From the NCBI GenBank assembly GCA_025363325.1, contig JANYEF010000144.1:1-31536 (forward strand): 31,536 nt of DNA, read 5' to 3'. This DNA comes from Nitrospira sp. GTDB lineage: Bacteria; Nitrospirota; Nitrospiria; Nitrospirales; Nitrospiraceae. A program made the translations under genes and the position numbers. This document shows, in pieces, positions 1 through 8,616 of the stretch (position 1 is its first letter; every line of letters starts with the position of its first letter). The notes under the pieces are model-generated. The model did not search any database and had not been told where the DNA came from. It saw nothing but the letters and a program-made list of their open reading frames with translations.

Positions 1-91
1 CCACAACAACAACCTCATGCCCTTCCTGGACAAGACGATCGACCAAATGCGACCCGACAAAACCGGCGCCTCCGGTCACGAGTACCTTCAT
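1..91 (-). CDS. NAD-dependent epimerase/dehydratase (extended SDR, GalE-like), 5' fragment running off the window edge
   Basis: Hand-translated, not in the ORF track. ATG at 91 gives [30 protein letters not shown], containing the GGxGFxGS Rossmann motif. Confidence 0.85.
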   Translation of the reverse strand, partial: MKVLVTGGAGFVGSHLVDRLVQEGHEVVVV

Positions 92-122
92 GCATGCCCC
101 CATCGCCTATGAGTCCGTGCCA

Positions 123-905
123 TCATCTGTCCACCGCCCACCCGATCAGGCTCTTATTCTCGCGCGTAAAACCAACAAGAATTTCCCGATTCCCTTTTCG
201 CCCTATCACGGGAGAATCGAGCACACCTTTCAGCTGAAGCCCCAAATGAGCGGCACAGGCAATGACCTTTTCAGTCACCGCCGCGCGCTGCGTGTCATCT
301 CGCACGATTCCCCCTCGCCCCACCTGCCCCTTACCGACTTCAAACTGTGGCTTCACTAACGCCACGACCACTGCACCGCTATTGAGTAGGTAGACGACCG
401 CGGGCAATACCAACGTCAGAGAAATAAAGGAAACATCGATCACCGCCAGGTCGATCGGCTCAGGAACCGCTGCACGGTCAACATACCGAATGTTGGTCCG
501 TTCGAGCAAGACAACACGCGAATCTTGCCTGAGTCTCCACTCAAACTGTCCATATCCCACGTCGATGGCATAGATGCGGGTGGCTCCTCGCTGCAACAAA
601 CAGTCGGTGAACCCGCCGGTCGAACACCCGACGTCCAGACCAATCGCCCCTCTCGGGTCAATATGAAAGGCATCAAGGGCCGCGGCCAATTTGTCGCCCG
701 CTCTACTGACAAAAGACGCAGGCCGCACGATTTCGATCCGCGCATCCGGCGACACCAACTTCGCAGGCTTATCCACCATAATCCCGTCAACCGACACTCC
801 ACCCGCCAAGACCGTTCTGGCCGCGGCCTCCCGGCTGGGCACCAAGCCCTGAGCCATAAGCACACGGTCCAACCGTTCTTTGTGAACACGAGCGGGGGAG
901 GCCAT
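123..905 (-). CDS. tlyA: TlyA family rRNA (cytidine-2'-O)-methyltransferase / hemolysin A-like
   Basis: N-terminal S4 domain (KERLDRVL..GLVPSRE), FVSRAGDKL, LDVGCSTGGFTDCLL, DVSFISL, LVKPQFE and GRKGNRE. Start moved from 923 to the ATG at 905, where the S4 domain begins. Confidence 0.92.
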   Translation of the reverse strand: MASPARVHKERLDRVLMAQGLVPSREAAARTVLAGGVSVDGIMVDKPAKLVSPDARIEIVRPASFVSRAGDKLAAALDAFHIDPRGAIGLDVGCSTGGFTDCLLQRGATRIYAIDVGYGQFEWRLRQDSRVVLLERTNIRYVDRAAVPEPIDLAVIDVSFISLTLVLPAVVYLLNSGAVVVALVKPQFEVGKGQVGRGGIVRDDTQRAAVTEKVIACAAHLGLQLKGVLDSPVIGRKGNREILVGFTRENKSLIGWAVDR

Positions 906-965
906 ATAGACTAGGAAAACCACTCATCGAAGCATCGAGGCAGACAGAAGCCAGTACTAGAAAGC

Positions 966-1214
966 CTAGGAGGACGGTTCATCGGCTTCGTCATCTGTGG
1001 TGTAGGCGTGGAGTCGTTTTTTGCCGTTCTTGTCTTGTACGAGCACTTCTACTTTATGCTCGGCTTCTTCTAAAATCTTGAGACAATTCTTCGAGAGGCG
1101 AATGCCCTCCTCGAAGATCTTGAGCGATTCGTCCAGAGGAAGATCGCTTTTTTCCAGTTCACCAACAATGGCTTCCAACCGCGCCATTGCCTGTTCAAAT
1201 TTCACCGCTGCCAC
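966..1214 (-). CDS. xseB: Exodeoxyribonuclease VII small subunit
   Basis: KFEQAMARLEAIVGELEKSDLPLDESLKIFEEGIRLSKNCLKILEEAE motif; adjacent to xseA. The GTG at 1214 has GAGG 6 nt upstream; the ORF track starts at 1226. Confidence 0.93.
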   Translation of the reverse strand: MAAVKFEQAMARLEAIVGELEKSDLPLDESLKIFEEGIRLSKNCLKILEEAEHKVEVLVQDKNGKKRLHAYTTDDEADEPSS

Positions 1215-1246
1215 AACATGCCTCATTATTATATGGGTAGAGGGCC

Positions 1247-1274
1247 ATTATACTCGCCCACACCCAGATTTCAA
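1247..1274 (-). promoter_or_regulatory. Putative internal sigma70 promoter for xseB-tlyA
   Basis: TTGAAA (1274-1269), 16-nt spacer, TATAAT (1252-1247). The -35 box overlaps the xseA stop codon. Confidence 0.5.
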
Positions 1275-2599
1275 ACTGAGGAATCGTCACACACTCGCGT
1301 GACCATGCAACTCAATTGTCCGCGTGCCAATTGAGCCACTATCTCCTGCCCAACCTTCACGTCGTTCGCTCGATGCAGAATCTGACCAGCAGGGACCGTA
1401 TGGAGGATGCAGTAGCCACGTCCAAGAATCGCCAATGGACTCAGGGTATTAAGTTGCGCCAGCGTCGCGTGGATCCGGTGACGGTGCTGCGCCAATACAG
1501 CCCCCATCTGCCCTTCAAGCCGCTTCGAGAATTGCGGGACTGTCGCCAGACCTTGCTTGATCACGAGAATAGGATTGAGACCGGATAAATCGCGCTGCGC
1601 CACATGAATCCTTTCACGCCCAGCCGTAAGTATTTGTTGGACCATCTCGCGCAATCGATCCACCATATCATCTGTCCGTTGCGCCGCTTCCTGGAGGCGG
1701 AAGCGGACATCCGCCACCCCTCGAATGCCGGCATCAAGCCGCTGCCGCTCGAAGGCACAATGCCTGAGCATCACCTGTCCGGTACGGACCGTGAGTTCAC
1801 GCAATCGTTCCAGGATGTCAGCCAATACCGGAACCACAGCCTCGGCTGCCGCCGACGGCGTTGGCGCTCGGAGATCGGCGACGAAGTCGGCAAGCGTCAC
1901 ATCGATTTCATGCCCGACCGCCGACACCACTGGGGCTTTGGAGGCCGCAATAGCGCGTACCACGATCTCCTCGTTGAAACTCCAGAGATCCTCCAACGAT
2001 CCTCCACCTCTTCCTACAATGATGACATCTACAGCGCCCCAGTCGTTCAACGCAGACAGCGCCTCAGCAATTTGACGCCCGGCACTCTCCCCTTGGACCT
2101 GAACCGGAGCAATAAGGATATGAAGCGTTGGCCAGCGGCGCCGAAGCACGGTCAGAATATCCCGAACGGCTGCACCGGTCAGCGATGTGACGATACCCAC
2201 CGTCCGAGGAAACGCTGGGACCGGCTTCTTTCTGTCCTGATCGAACAACCCCTCTGCGGCCAATCGCTCTTTAAGCTGTTCAAACGCGAGCTGCAGCGCG
2301 CCGATTCCCTTCGGCTCCACCGTGTCCAGCACAATCTGATATTCTCCGCGCAGTTCGTAGACCGTGAGCCGCCCCCGCACGATCACGTGCATCCCCTCTT
2401 GCAGGGCAAAGCGTAGACGCACCGCACTGGATCGAAATAACACCGCGCGAATCTGGCTCGTCTTGTCCTTGAGTGTGCAATAGACGTGTCCCGATCCGGG
2501 AGCACGGAGGTTGGAGATTTCGCCTTCCAACAATATGTCGGAGAATTGTTCTTCGATTGAGCTGCGAAGCAGCCCCGTCAACTCCGAAACCGTGAACAT
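1271..2599 (-). CDS. xseA: Exodeoxyribonuclease VII large subunit
   Basis: N-terminal OB fold (FTVSELT..GEISNL..SGHVYCTLKD), GRGGGSLEDLWSFNEE and SAVGHEIDVTLADFVADLRAPTPS. The true start may be an ACG at 2653 (see findings). Confidence 0.95.
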   Translation of the reverse strand: MFTVSELTGLLRSSIEEQFSDILLEGEISNLRAPGSGHVYCTLKDKTSQIRAVLFRSSAVRLRFALQEGMHVIVRGRLTVYELRGEYQIVLDTVEPKGIGALQLAFEQLKERLAAEGLFDQDRKKPVPAFPRTVGIVTSLTGAAVRDILTVLRRRWPTLHILIAPVQVQGESAGRQIAEALSALNDWGAVDVIIVGRGGGSLEDLWSFNEEIVVRAIAASKAPVVSAVGHEIDVTLADFVADLRAPTPSAAAEAVVPVLADILERLRELTVRTGQVMLRHCAFERQRLDAGIRGVADVRFRLQEAAQRTDDMVDRLREMVQQILTAGRERIHVAQRDLSGLNPILVIKQGLATVPQFSKRLEGQMGAVLAQHRHRIHATLAQLNTLSPLAILGRGYCILHTVPAGQILHRANDVKVGQEIVAQLARGQLSCMVTRVCDDSSV

Positions 2600-2665
2600 T
2601 CGTTTCGGAGGAACGACAGGAGAGAAGAGATCGGGAAAACCGGGAGGGCTCGTGGTGAGTCTCCT

Positions 2666-3445
2666 TTAATCGATGATGCGAATTCGTTCGATCGACAGCG
2701 CCTTCCCAAGTCGCGCATCAAGTTCGATCAGGACCGCGCAGAAGACGGCGGGCCCAGAGGCTACTTCAAAGCGCCGCGGCATCCCAGTCAGAAACTTTTC
2801 GATCGCCAACTCTTTCTTCACTCCGATCACGGAGTGGAGCGGACCGGTCATCCCGATATCCGTCAGATACGCGGTCCCTTTCGGGAAAATCTGGTCATCG
2901 GCCGTTTGGACATGCGTATGAGTCCCAACCACAGCGACGACCTCTCCGTCCAGATAGTGCCCCATCGCCATTTTTTCCGACGTCGCTTCCGCATGTATAT
3001 CGACAATCACGGACGCAACTCGCTTCTTCAGCACAGCCAGTTCTTTTTTGGCGACCTGAAACGGACAGTCCAGAGTCGGCATGTACGCCCGCCCCATTAA
3101 TTGAAGAACGCCCAGCTGCTCCCCGCCAGCCGACTCGACCACCACACTGCCATTTCCCGGCACACCACTCGGATAATTAGCAGGCCGAAGCAGGCGTGGT
3201 TCTCGGGGAAAGTAGTCGAGAATTTCCTTTTTATCCCAGGCATGATTTCCGGTCGTAATGACCGCGAGGCCGAGGTCGAACAACTCTTCAGCCAACTCCG
3301 GCGTGATGCCAAATCCGGCGGCCGCGTTCTCCCCGTTACCGATAACAATGTCGATTTGTCGCTGGGCCACCAGCTTGGGAACAGCCCGGGCCACCGCGCG
3401 GCGCCCGGGCTCTCCAAAGATATCGCCGATGAAGAGAACCTTCAC
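2666..3445 (-). CDS. ymdB: YmdB/TIGR00282 family metallophosphoesterase (2',3'-cyclic nucleotide phosphodiesterase-like)
   Basis: FIGDIFG, GNGEN, TTGNH, RPAN, DIHAEATSEK, GTHTHV and TDIGMTG motifs; directly downstream of rny, as in Bacillus. Confidence 0.93.
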   Translation of the reverse strand: MKVLFIGDIFGEPGRRAVARAVPKLVAQRQIDIVIGNGENAAAGFGITPELAEELFDLGLAVITTGNHAWDKKEILDYFPREPRLLRPANYPSGVPGNGSVVVESAGGEQLGVLQLMGRAYMPTLDCPFQVAKKELAVLKKRVASVIVDIHAEATSEKMAMGHYLDGEVVAVVGTHTHVQTADDQIFPKGTAYLTDIGMTGPLHSVIGVKKELAIEKFLTGMPRRFEVASGPAVFCAVLIELDARLGKALSIERIRIID

Positions 3446-5010
3446 TTGGCATACTCCACATACCGGCTTTCTCGAATCACGGTCACTCTAATCGTGCCGG
3501 GATAAGTCAGTTCCTGCTCGATTTTCTTTGCCAGATCCCTGGACAGCTGGAACGACTCGGCATCGGTAATATCCTCCTGTCGAACAATGACACGAATTTC
3601 TCGGCCCGCTTGGATGGCATAGGCCTTCTGCACCCCTTTGATCGTCGTCGCGAGCGACTCCAGTTTCTCCAGCCGTTTCACGTAGGTCTCCAAGGCTTCC
3701 CGTCTCGCCCCAGGCCTGGCCGCAGACAATGCTTCAGCCGCAGCAACCAAAACGGATTCCGGACAGATCGGCTCCACTTGTTCGTGGTGCCCCGCAATGG
3801 CATTCACAATTTTCTCGCTCTCACCGTACTTCTTGGCAATCTCAGCACCCAGCATGGCATGCGGGCCCTCTTCTTCGTGACTGACGGCTTTCCCGATATC
3901 ATGCAGAAGCGCGCCCCGCCTCGCCAACTTCACGTCGAGACCAAGCTCCGAGGCCATGATGCCGCAGATGTACGCGGCTTCACGCGAATGATACAGATTG
4001 TTTTGCCCGTAGCTGGTCCGGTACTTGAGCCGACCGAGCACCTTGATCAACTCCGGGTGAAAATCCGAGAGCCCTAACTCAAAGATGATCTTCTCGGCCT
4101 CGTCATACATGAGCTTGTCGATATCGATTTTGACTTTTTCAACGATCTCTTCGATCCGCGTTGGATGGATGCGCCCGTCATGCATCAACCGTTCGAGCGA
4201 GACCTTGGCAATCTCGCGACGCAGCGGATCGAATCCCGACACGATGACGGCTTCAGGCGTCTCATCGATAATTAGATCAATCCCGGTTGCGGCTTCGATC
4301 GCACGGATGTTGCGCCCTTCCCGCCCGATGATCCGCCCCTTCATCGCATCGTTCGGAATCGGCACAACAGAAATCGTAGATTCGGAAACATAGTCACGCA
4401 CCACCCGTTGAATCGAGCAGGTAATGATCTCGCGCGCTTCCCGTTCCGCATTCTCCCGCGCCTCTTCTAACGTCCGCTTCGCATGCCCAACGGCCTCAAG
4501 CCGCGCCTGGCTTTCCATTTCTAGAATGAGCTGCTTCTTCGCCTCGTCAGCCGTCATCCCCGCGACGCGTTCTAACGCCTCACGATGCTCCTTCTCTACT
4601 CGGGTACAAGCCACTTCCTTAGCCGCCAGCTTCTCTTCACGCTTCACCAGATCCAGCTCTCGCTTCTGAGCCTCACTATCTCGCTTGTCTACCGCACCTA
4701 TCCGTTTCTCGATGGCCTCATCTCGCTGGATCACGCGCTTTTCCGCGACGGCGAGCTCGGCCATTTTGACCTTCTGCTCCTTCTCAAGCTCCGCCTTCGA
4801 CTGCAGCACAAAGTCTTTCGCTTCCAGCTTGGCTTCTTTGACAATATTGTCAGCCTCACGCTGAGCGTTCTGCACGACCTGGCGTGACTGCTCCTCCTCC
4901 TGAACCTTCTTCGTGGCGCCCAGTGAGCGACGAATCAACTCAAAGAGCCCAACTCCGAGCAACCCTCCGACGAGTCCTGTCAACAGATACGCAAAAATTG
5001 AAGTCTCCAT
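3442..5010 (-). CDS. rny: Ribonuclease Y
   Basis: N-terminal TM anchor, long coiled coil, KH domain (KGRIIGREGRNIR), HD domain (YHSRE..LLHDIGK) and C-terminal AIQAGREIRV. ATG at 5010 has AAGGGG upstream; the ORF track uses the GTG at 5019. Confidence 0.96.
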   Translation of the reverse strand: METSIFAYLLTGLVGGLLGVGLFELIRRSLGATKKVQEEEQSRQVVQNAQREADNIVKEAKLEAKDFVLQSKAELEKEQKVKMAELAVAEKRVIQRDEAIEKRIGAVDKRDSEAQKRELDLVKREEKLAAKEVACTRVEKEHREALERVAGMTADEAKKQLILEMESQARLEAVGHAKRTLEEARENAEREAREIITCSIQRVVRDYVSESTISVVPIPNDAMKGRIIGREGRNIRAIEAATGIDLIIDETPEAVIVSGFDPLRREIAKVSLERLMHDGRIHPTRIEEIVEKVKIDIDKLMYDEAEKIIFELGLSDFHPELIKVLGRLKYRTSYGQNNLYHSREAAYICGIMASELGLDVKLARRGALLHDIGKAVSHEEEGPHAMLGAEIAKKYGESEKIVNAIAGHHEQVEPICPESVLVAAAEALSAARPGARREALETYVKRLEKLESLATTIKGVQKAYAIQAGREIRVIVRQEDITDAESFQLSRDLAKKIEQELTYPGTIRVTVIRESRYVEYAK

Positions 5011-5347
5011 TGGGCTCACCCCCTTAACAGTCGCGAGACGAGAAAATCCTGCTTCTCAGCCTCGTTTTGATACAAGGTTAGCGAAGGTCCTGAATGAGAG
5101 GGGGGCGCAGTGGGAAGATCAGCGACTAGAAGGGCGCGGCCTGAAACGCGGGCTACAGACTTACTCCGAGAACGGACTGCACAGGGATGGACATCTTGCT
5201 GGATTGAGATGACGAGTACGTCCTGTGCGGGATAGATCCCACGAGGTCCATCTATGTCGGTACGCTCTCACCTGCATGAGAGGACTCAGAGCGTGAACCG
5301 GAAGCAGCCGCTGGCCGTCTCCGCAGCCCGCACTCCTTGACGACAAC

Positions 5348-5520
5348 ATGAACTCCATGACCTTACCCAACATCTCCAAGAGGTTATACATGAGGTGGAC
5401 GAACCCTTGAGCACATTCTATCTGCATCAATCTCGCCAGCATCAAGAACCCACATCCATTCCGCTGTGACTGTATCGTATCCCCGTATCTCTTCACCGGT
5501 TCAAGCATGACCCAATCATT
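5348..5520 (-). ncRNA. ssrS: Candidate 6S RNA
   Basis: Position between zapA and rny is established 6S synteny. The roughly 173-nt region folds by eye into one long rod on the minus strand (AUGA/UCAU, UCAUG/CAUGG, AAGAG/CUCUU, AUAC/GUAU, and GGGUUCUUGA/UCAAGGGUUC with 4 G-U pairs that only work on this strand). It contains CUUGAACC, GGGGA and CCACCU in 6S-like order. Boundaries approximate; no covariance search run. Confidence 0.55.
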
Positions 5521-5561
5521 CCCTATCGTAGAATCCACTACGTCCCGACACCCACTCTTTA

Positions 5562-5590
5562 ACGATAGCAAAGGGGGACGCCCTTTGCAA
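5562..5590 (-). promoter_or_regulatory. Putative sigma70 promoter for the 6S/rny transcript, with a palindromic spacer
   Basis: TTGCAA (5590-5585), 17 nt, TATCGT (5567-5562). Overlaps the perfect 8-bp inverted repeat GCAAAGGG (5568-5575)/CCCTTTGC (5581-5588) just after the zapA stop. Confidence 0.5.
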
Positions 5591-5597
5591 GTTGAAT

Positions 5598-5894
5598 CTA
5601 GCGAAAGAGCGAGGTCGGTACCTGTTCCTCGATCGATTCCATGAGGGACTTCATCCGCCGTTCGACATCCGCCTCACCTTGAGCACGCTTCCGTTCGAGC
5701 TCAAAGAGCTGATGGGCCAAATTGAGGGCAGTCAGCACGGCGAGTTTGGAGGGGGTCGTCGTATTCATCCCTTCCGCGAGATGGCGCATCTGTCCATCTA
5801 CAAAGCTCGCGAGGCGCCGGACATCGCCCTCGTCCGCCTCGCCACGAATCGTGTATCGTTGGCCGTATATTTCCACGTCAATGGTCTTAGTCAA
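5598..5894 (-). CDS. zapA: Cell division protein ZapA
   Basis: IDVEIYGQRYTI...LASFVDGQM...LAVLTALNLA pattern with a C-terminal coiled coil; 98 aa. Confidence 0.9.
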   Translation of the reverse strand: MTKTIDVEIYGQRYTIRGEADEGDVRRLASFVDGQMRHLAEGMNTTTPSKLAVLTALNLAHQLFELERKRAQGEADVERRMKSLMESIEEQVPTSLFR

Positions 5895-6141
5895 GGGCTA
5901 CCTCCTTGCGTTCTTCAAAGCACTCCAACAACTCGATGTCGCCAAGGACTTTTTCTATACGAGACTTGATATCGACACGCTCTTGCTCCCACCGTCGATT
6001 CGAATCATCCTTCTCTGCAAGTCGCTGTCGAACAACCTTTATCTCTTCTTCAGCTGCTGCATTCTTTTTTTTCAGCTCTTGAACGAGCTTAACCAGGTCT
6101 CTAATACGACTTTCAAGCGCGTCCAATCGATCGAGTGCCAT
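5887..6141 (-). CDS. ZapB-like coiled-coil cell division protein
   Basis: 84-aa heptad coiled coil (LDALESRIRDLVKLVQELKKKN), overlapping the zapA start by 8 nt, GAGGG RBS. Family call rests mainly on synteny. Confidence 0.6.
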   Translation of the reverse strand: MALDRLDALESRIRDLVKLVQELKKKNAAAEEEIKVVRQRLAEKDDSNRRWEQERVDIKSRIEKVLGDIELLECFEERKEVALD

Positions 6142-6184
6142 TCCCTCACTCTCTTTCTTAAGTAGCCCCTACAGATTGTGGCGC

Positions 6185-6213
6185 ACTATAGGAACTTGTC
6201 TAGATCTTGTCAA
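6185..6213 (-). promoter_or_regulatory. Near-consensus sigma70 promoter upstream of zapB-like/zapA
   Basis: TTGACA (6213-6208), 17 nt, TATAGT (6190-6185); about 45 nt upstream of the ATG at 6141. Confidence 0.75.
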
Positions 6214-6223
6214 GAAATGACCA

Positions 6224-8500
6224 TCAGGAGGCCTTGTCCAGCCGTATGTATTCGCGGTAGCTTCGCAGTACGCGCTTCACATACTGCCTCGTCTCCTGAT
6301 ACGGGATTAATTCGACAAACTCGTCCTGACTTCGGCCGTGGTGCAGTGCAATCCAGCTTCCGACAGCCATTGGCCCTGCATTATATGAAGCAATTGTGTG
6401 TGCGACATTCCCGGAAAACTGTTCGAGTAACTGTTCGACATAGTGAACGCCGATCCGAATATTGGTCTCTTGATCGAATAGATCATCCCGTCCGACCGCG
6501 GGAAGCCCGAGTCGCTGCGCGACATTATTCGCAGTTCCCGGCATCACCTGCATCAGGCCAATCGCACCAACCCGCGACACAGCTCGCCAATCGTATTGAC
6601 TCTCCTCTCGAATAATCGCCGCCACCAGATAGGGATCGACACCGCTCGCACCCTGCCCCTTGATCGTGGGAAGGAGACCTGTCGGATAGGCCACCTTCCA
6701 CAGCGACGGGTCGACGGCACCGCCAGTTCGCTCCAATTTATCGCGGAACCTGGCCCTCGCGAGTCGGAGCGCATGGTGGTAGGCACCCACCTCGTTCAAC
6801 ATCGTCGCAAGCGCCATGATGACGTCGGAGTCTCGGCTATATTGATCGGTCAACCCCGCTAACTCTCGCCCGGCGTCCGAGTCCAACCCCAACGTATTGA
6901 GCTCAATGGCTCGACGGTAGGCCGACTTCTGTTCGATTTCCGCCCTGGTAGACACCGAGCGTGTGGCCTCACCATTCGCAGGCGTGCCACCGTTCACCGG
7001 GACAGTCGCTGACATCGATTCTGATGCAGGGGGCTCCGACAACGGGAGATCCATCCGTTCGCGCGCCAGCTGGCAATAATAGGTATAGATATATCGTTGG
7101 CAGAGTTGCACATACCCATCACGAGCGTGAGGCTGCTGGCTCAATTCGGCCGCACGCGCCATCCAATACAGCGCCTGTGGCTCAAAATCGCTGTCGTGCT
7201 GATCGGCGAGCAGACGTAGCTCATCACCCGCCTCACGATAGCGCGCCATACGGTAATATACCCAGCCCACGCGCCACCGTGCCTCGGCTCGCTGAGACGC
7301 CGGCTCTCCGACCTTTACCACCTGGCGGTACCGCACGATCGCATCGTCAAAGCGGCCTTGATCTTCCAACCAAATCCCGGCGAACAAGGTGATCTGACCC
7401 TTCTGCTCCGCAGAGAGCGAAGATGTCGGCAGCGTACGGGCGAGATCTACCAACTTGTCCCCCTGTCCTTGCCGAAGATAGACGCGGGCGAGCCAGACCG
7501 ACGCTTCGTGGGACTCCGTCCCCCCGTCTTTCAGCAGCGCACGGAACGTCTCTCGGGACTGGTCATACTGTTTCAGCCGTACCTGCGCGATGCCAAGCTT
7601 CAGCTTTGCCTCGGCGTGCCGAGGCGACTGTGGATCGGCCGCAAGAAACTTTCGGAGTTCCTCAATCGCTTCGGCATGGAAGGATTGTCCAAGATACGCC
7701 TGCGCACGGGCAAGCCGCTCGCTCGACTGGACTACCCAAGGCTCGCCACCAAGATTCGTGGCCAATAGCGCTTCCGCTTCTTTCGCTTCTGCGCTATACG
7801 CAAACCGAACCCAGAGTTGCATCAGAGTCTCGCGACCTGCCGGTATGTTGTTGTCTCGCAGTTGGCAGGCGCCTCGCCGAAGAAGCGCTTGGGGAGTCCC
7901 TGGCTCCTTATCACTCAGTTCCACCGCTTTTGCAAACCATGCCGTTGCTTCCGTACAACTCGACGCTTGATACCACGCTTCCCCTGCTCGATACGCGGCC
8001 TTGGTCAGCAAATAGGAGTCAGGCACCGCCAGCGGAATGCTTTCGAACATGTCCGCCGCATGTTTTGCGTCTCCGAGGTTCAACAACGCCTCCCCCGTCC
8101 ATAATCGGATATAGTCATCCAAGACCGTAAAGTCTCGCTGTGCAGCGCGGAGAAATTGAATCGCCACGGCAGGATTCCGTTCAAGGAGCAACACTCCGGA
8201 CAGCAACCCTGCGCGCTTGGCCCAGAGTGTGGCGGGGAAACGCTCCATCAGCCGTTGCAGCCGATCAAGTTTGAGCAACAAGACTTGCTCTTTATTGAAG
8301 GCCTTGCCGAACCGTTCCTTCGGCAGTGCGGCAGCCTGAAAGCAATCTTCTGCACTCTCGCACGCTTTGCCGTCATTCGACATCGACGGAGAGGAAGGAC
8401 CGGCGGACACCCGGTCGGAAAGCAGCGCAAACCCACAGAGGCCAATAGACGTGGCGAGGAACAGATTTCGTATGGCCCGTTGATGTATATAGTCGCGCAT
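6224..8500 (-). CDS. Slt-type soluble lytic murein transglycosylase with TPR/alpha-superhelical N-terminus
   Basis: C-terminal SLT motifs IIREESQY (catalytic Glu), GAIGLMQVMP, ASYNAGP and ETRQYVKRV; TPR-like repeats. The ATG at 8500 gives a signal-peptide-like N-terminus; the ORF track starts at 8566. Confidence 0.9.
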   Translation of the reverse strand: MRDYIHQRAIRNLFLATSIGLCGFALLSDRVSAGPSSPSMSNDGKACESAEDCFQAAALPKERFGKAFNKEQVLLLKLDRLQRLMERFPATLWAKRAGLLSGVLLLERNPAVAIQFLRAAQRDFTVLDDYIRLWTGEALLNLGDAKHAADMFESIPLAVPDSYLLTKAAYRAGEAWYQASSCTEATAWFAKAVELSDKEPGTPQALLRRGACQLRDNNIPAGRETLMQLWVRFAYSAEAKEAEALLATNLGGEPWVVQSSERLARAQAYLGQSFHAEAIEELRKFLAADPQSPRHAEAKLKLGIAQVRLKQYDQSRETFRALLKDGGTESHEASVWLARVYLRQGQGDKLVDLARTLPTSSLSAEQKGQITLFAGIWLEDQGRFDDAIVRYRQVVKVGEPASQRAEARWRVGWVYYRMARYREAGDELRLLADQHDSDFEPQALYWMARAAELSQQPHARDGYVQLCQRYIYTYYCQLARERMDLPLSEPPASESMSATVPVNGGTPANGEATRSVSTRAEIEQKSAYRRAIELNTLGLDSDAGRELAGLTDQYSRDSDVIMALATMLNEVGAYHHALRLARARFRDKLERTGGAVDPSLWKVAYPTGLLPTIKGQGASGVDPYLVAAIIREESQYDWRAVSRVGAIGLMQVMPGTANNVAQRLGLPAVGRDDLFDQETNIRIGVHYVEQLLEQFSGNVAHTIASYNAGPMAVGSWIALHHGRSQDEFVELIPYQETRQYVKRVLRSYREYIRLDKAS

Positions 8501-8616
8501 CCGTCGTCTCGCTCTCAATCTGTCACATATATAGCAGTGCGCCTTCCCCGTTGCCAGCAGAGCCATGTAAATCCTGTACCTTGTTCCACTTTTTAAGGCT
8601 GTGGTAGGCTGCCCTC

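Noticed and set aside
2600-2668. ymdB-xseA fusion by stop-codon readthrough (same frame, single TAA)
   Set aside because: TAA is a strong stop, and the SD placed right after it points to re-initiation instead.
5161-5571. 136-aa ORF in the zapA-rny gap
   Set aside because: No RBS or recognisable motif, and it overlaps the 6S candidate and leader hairpins.
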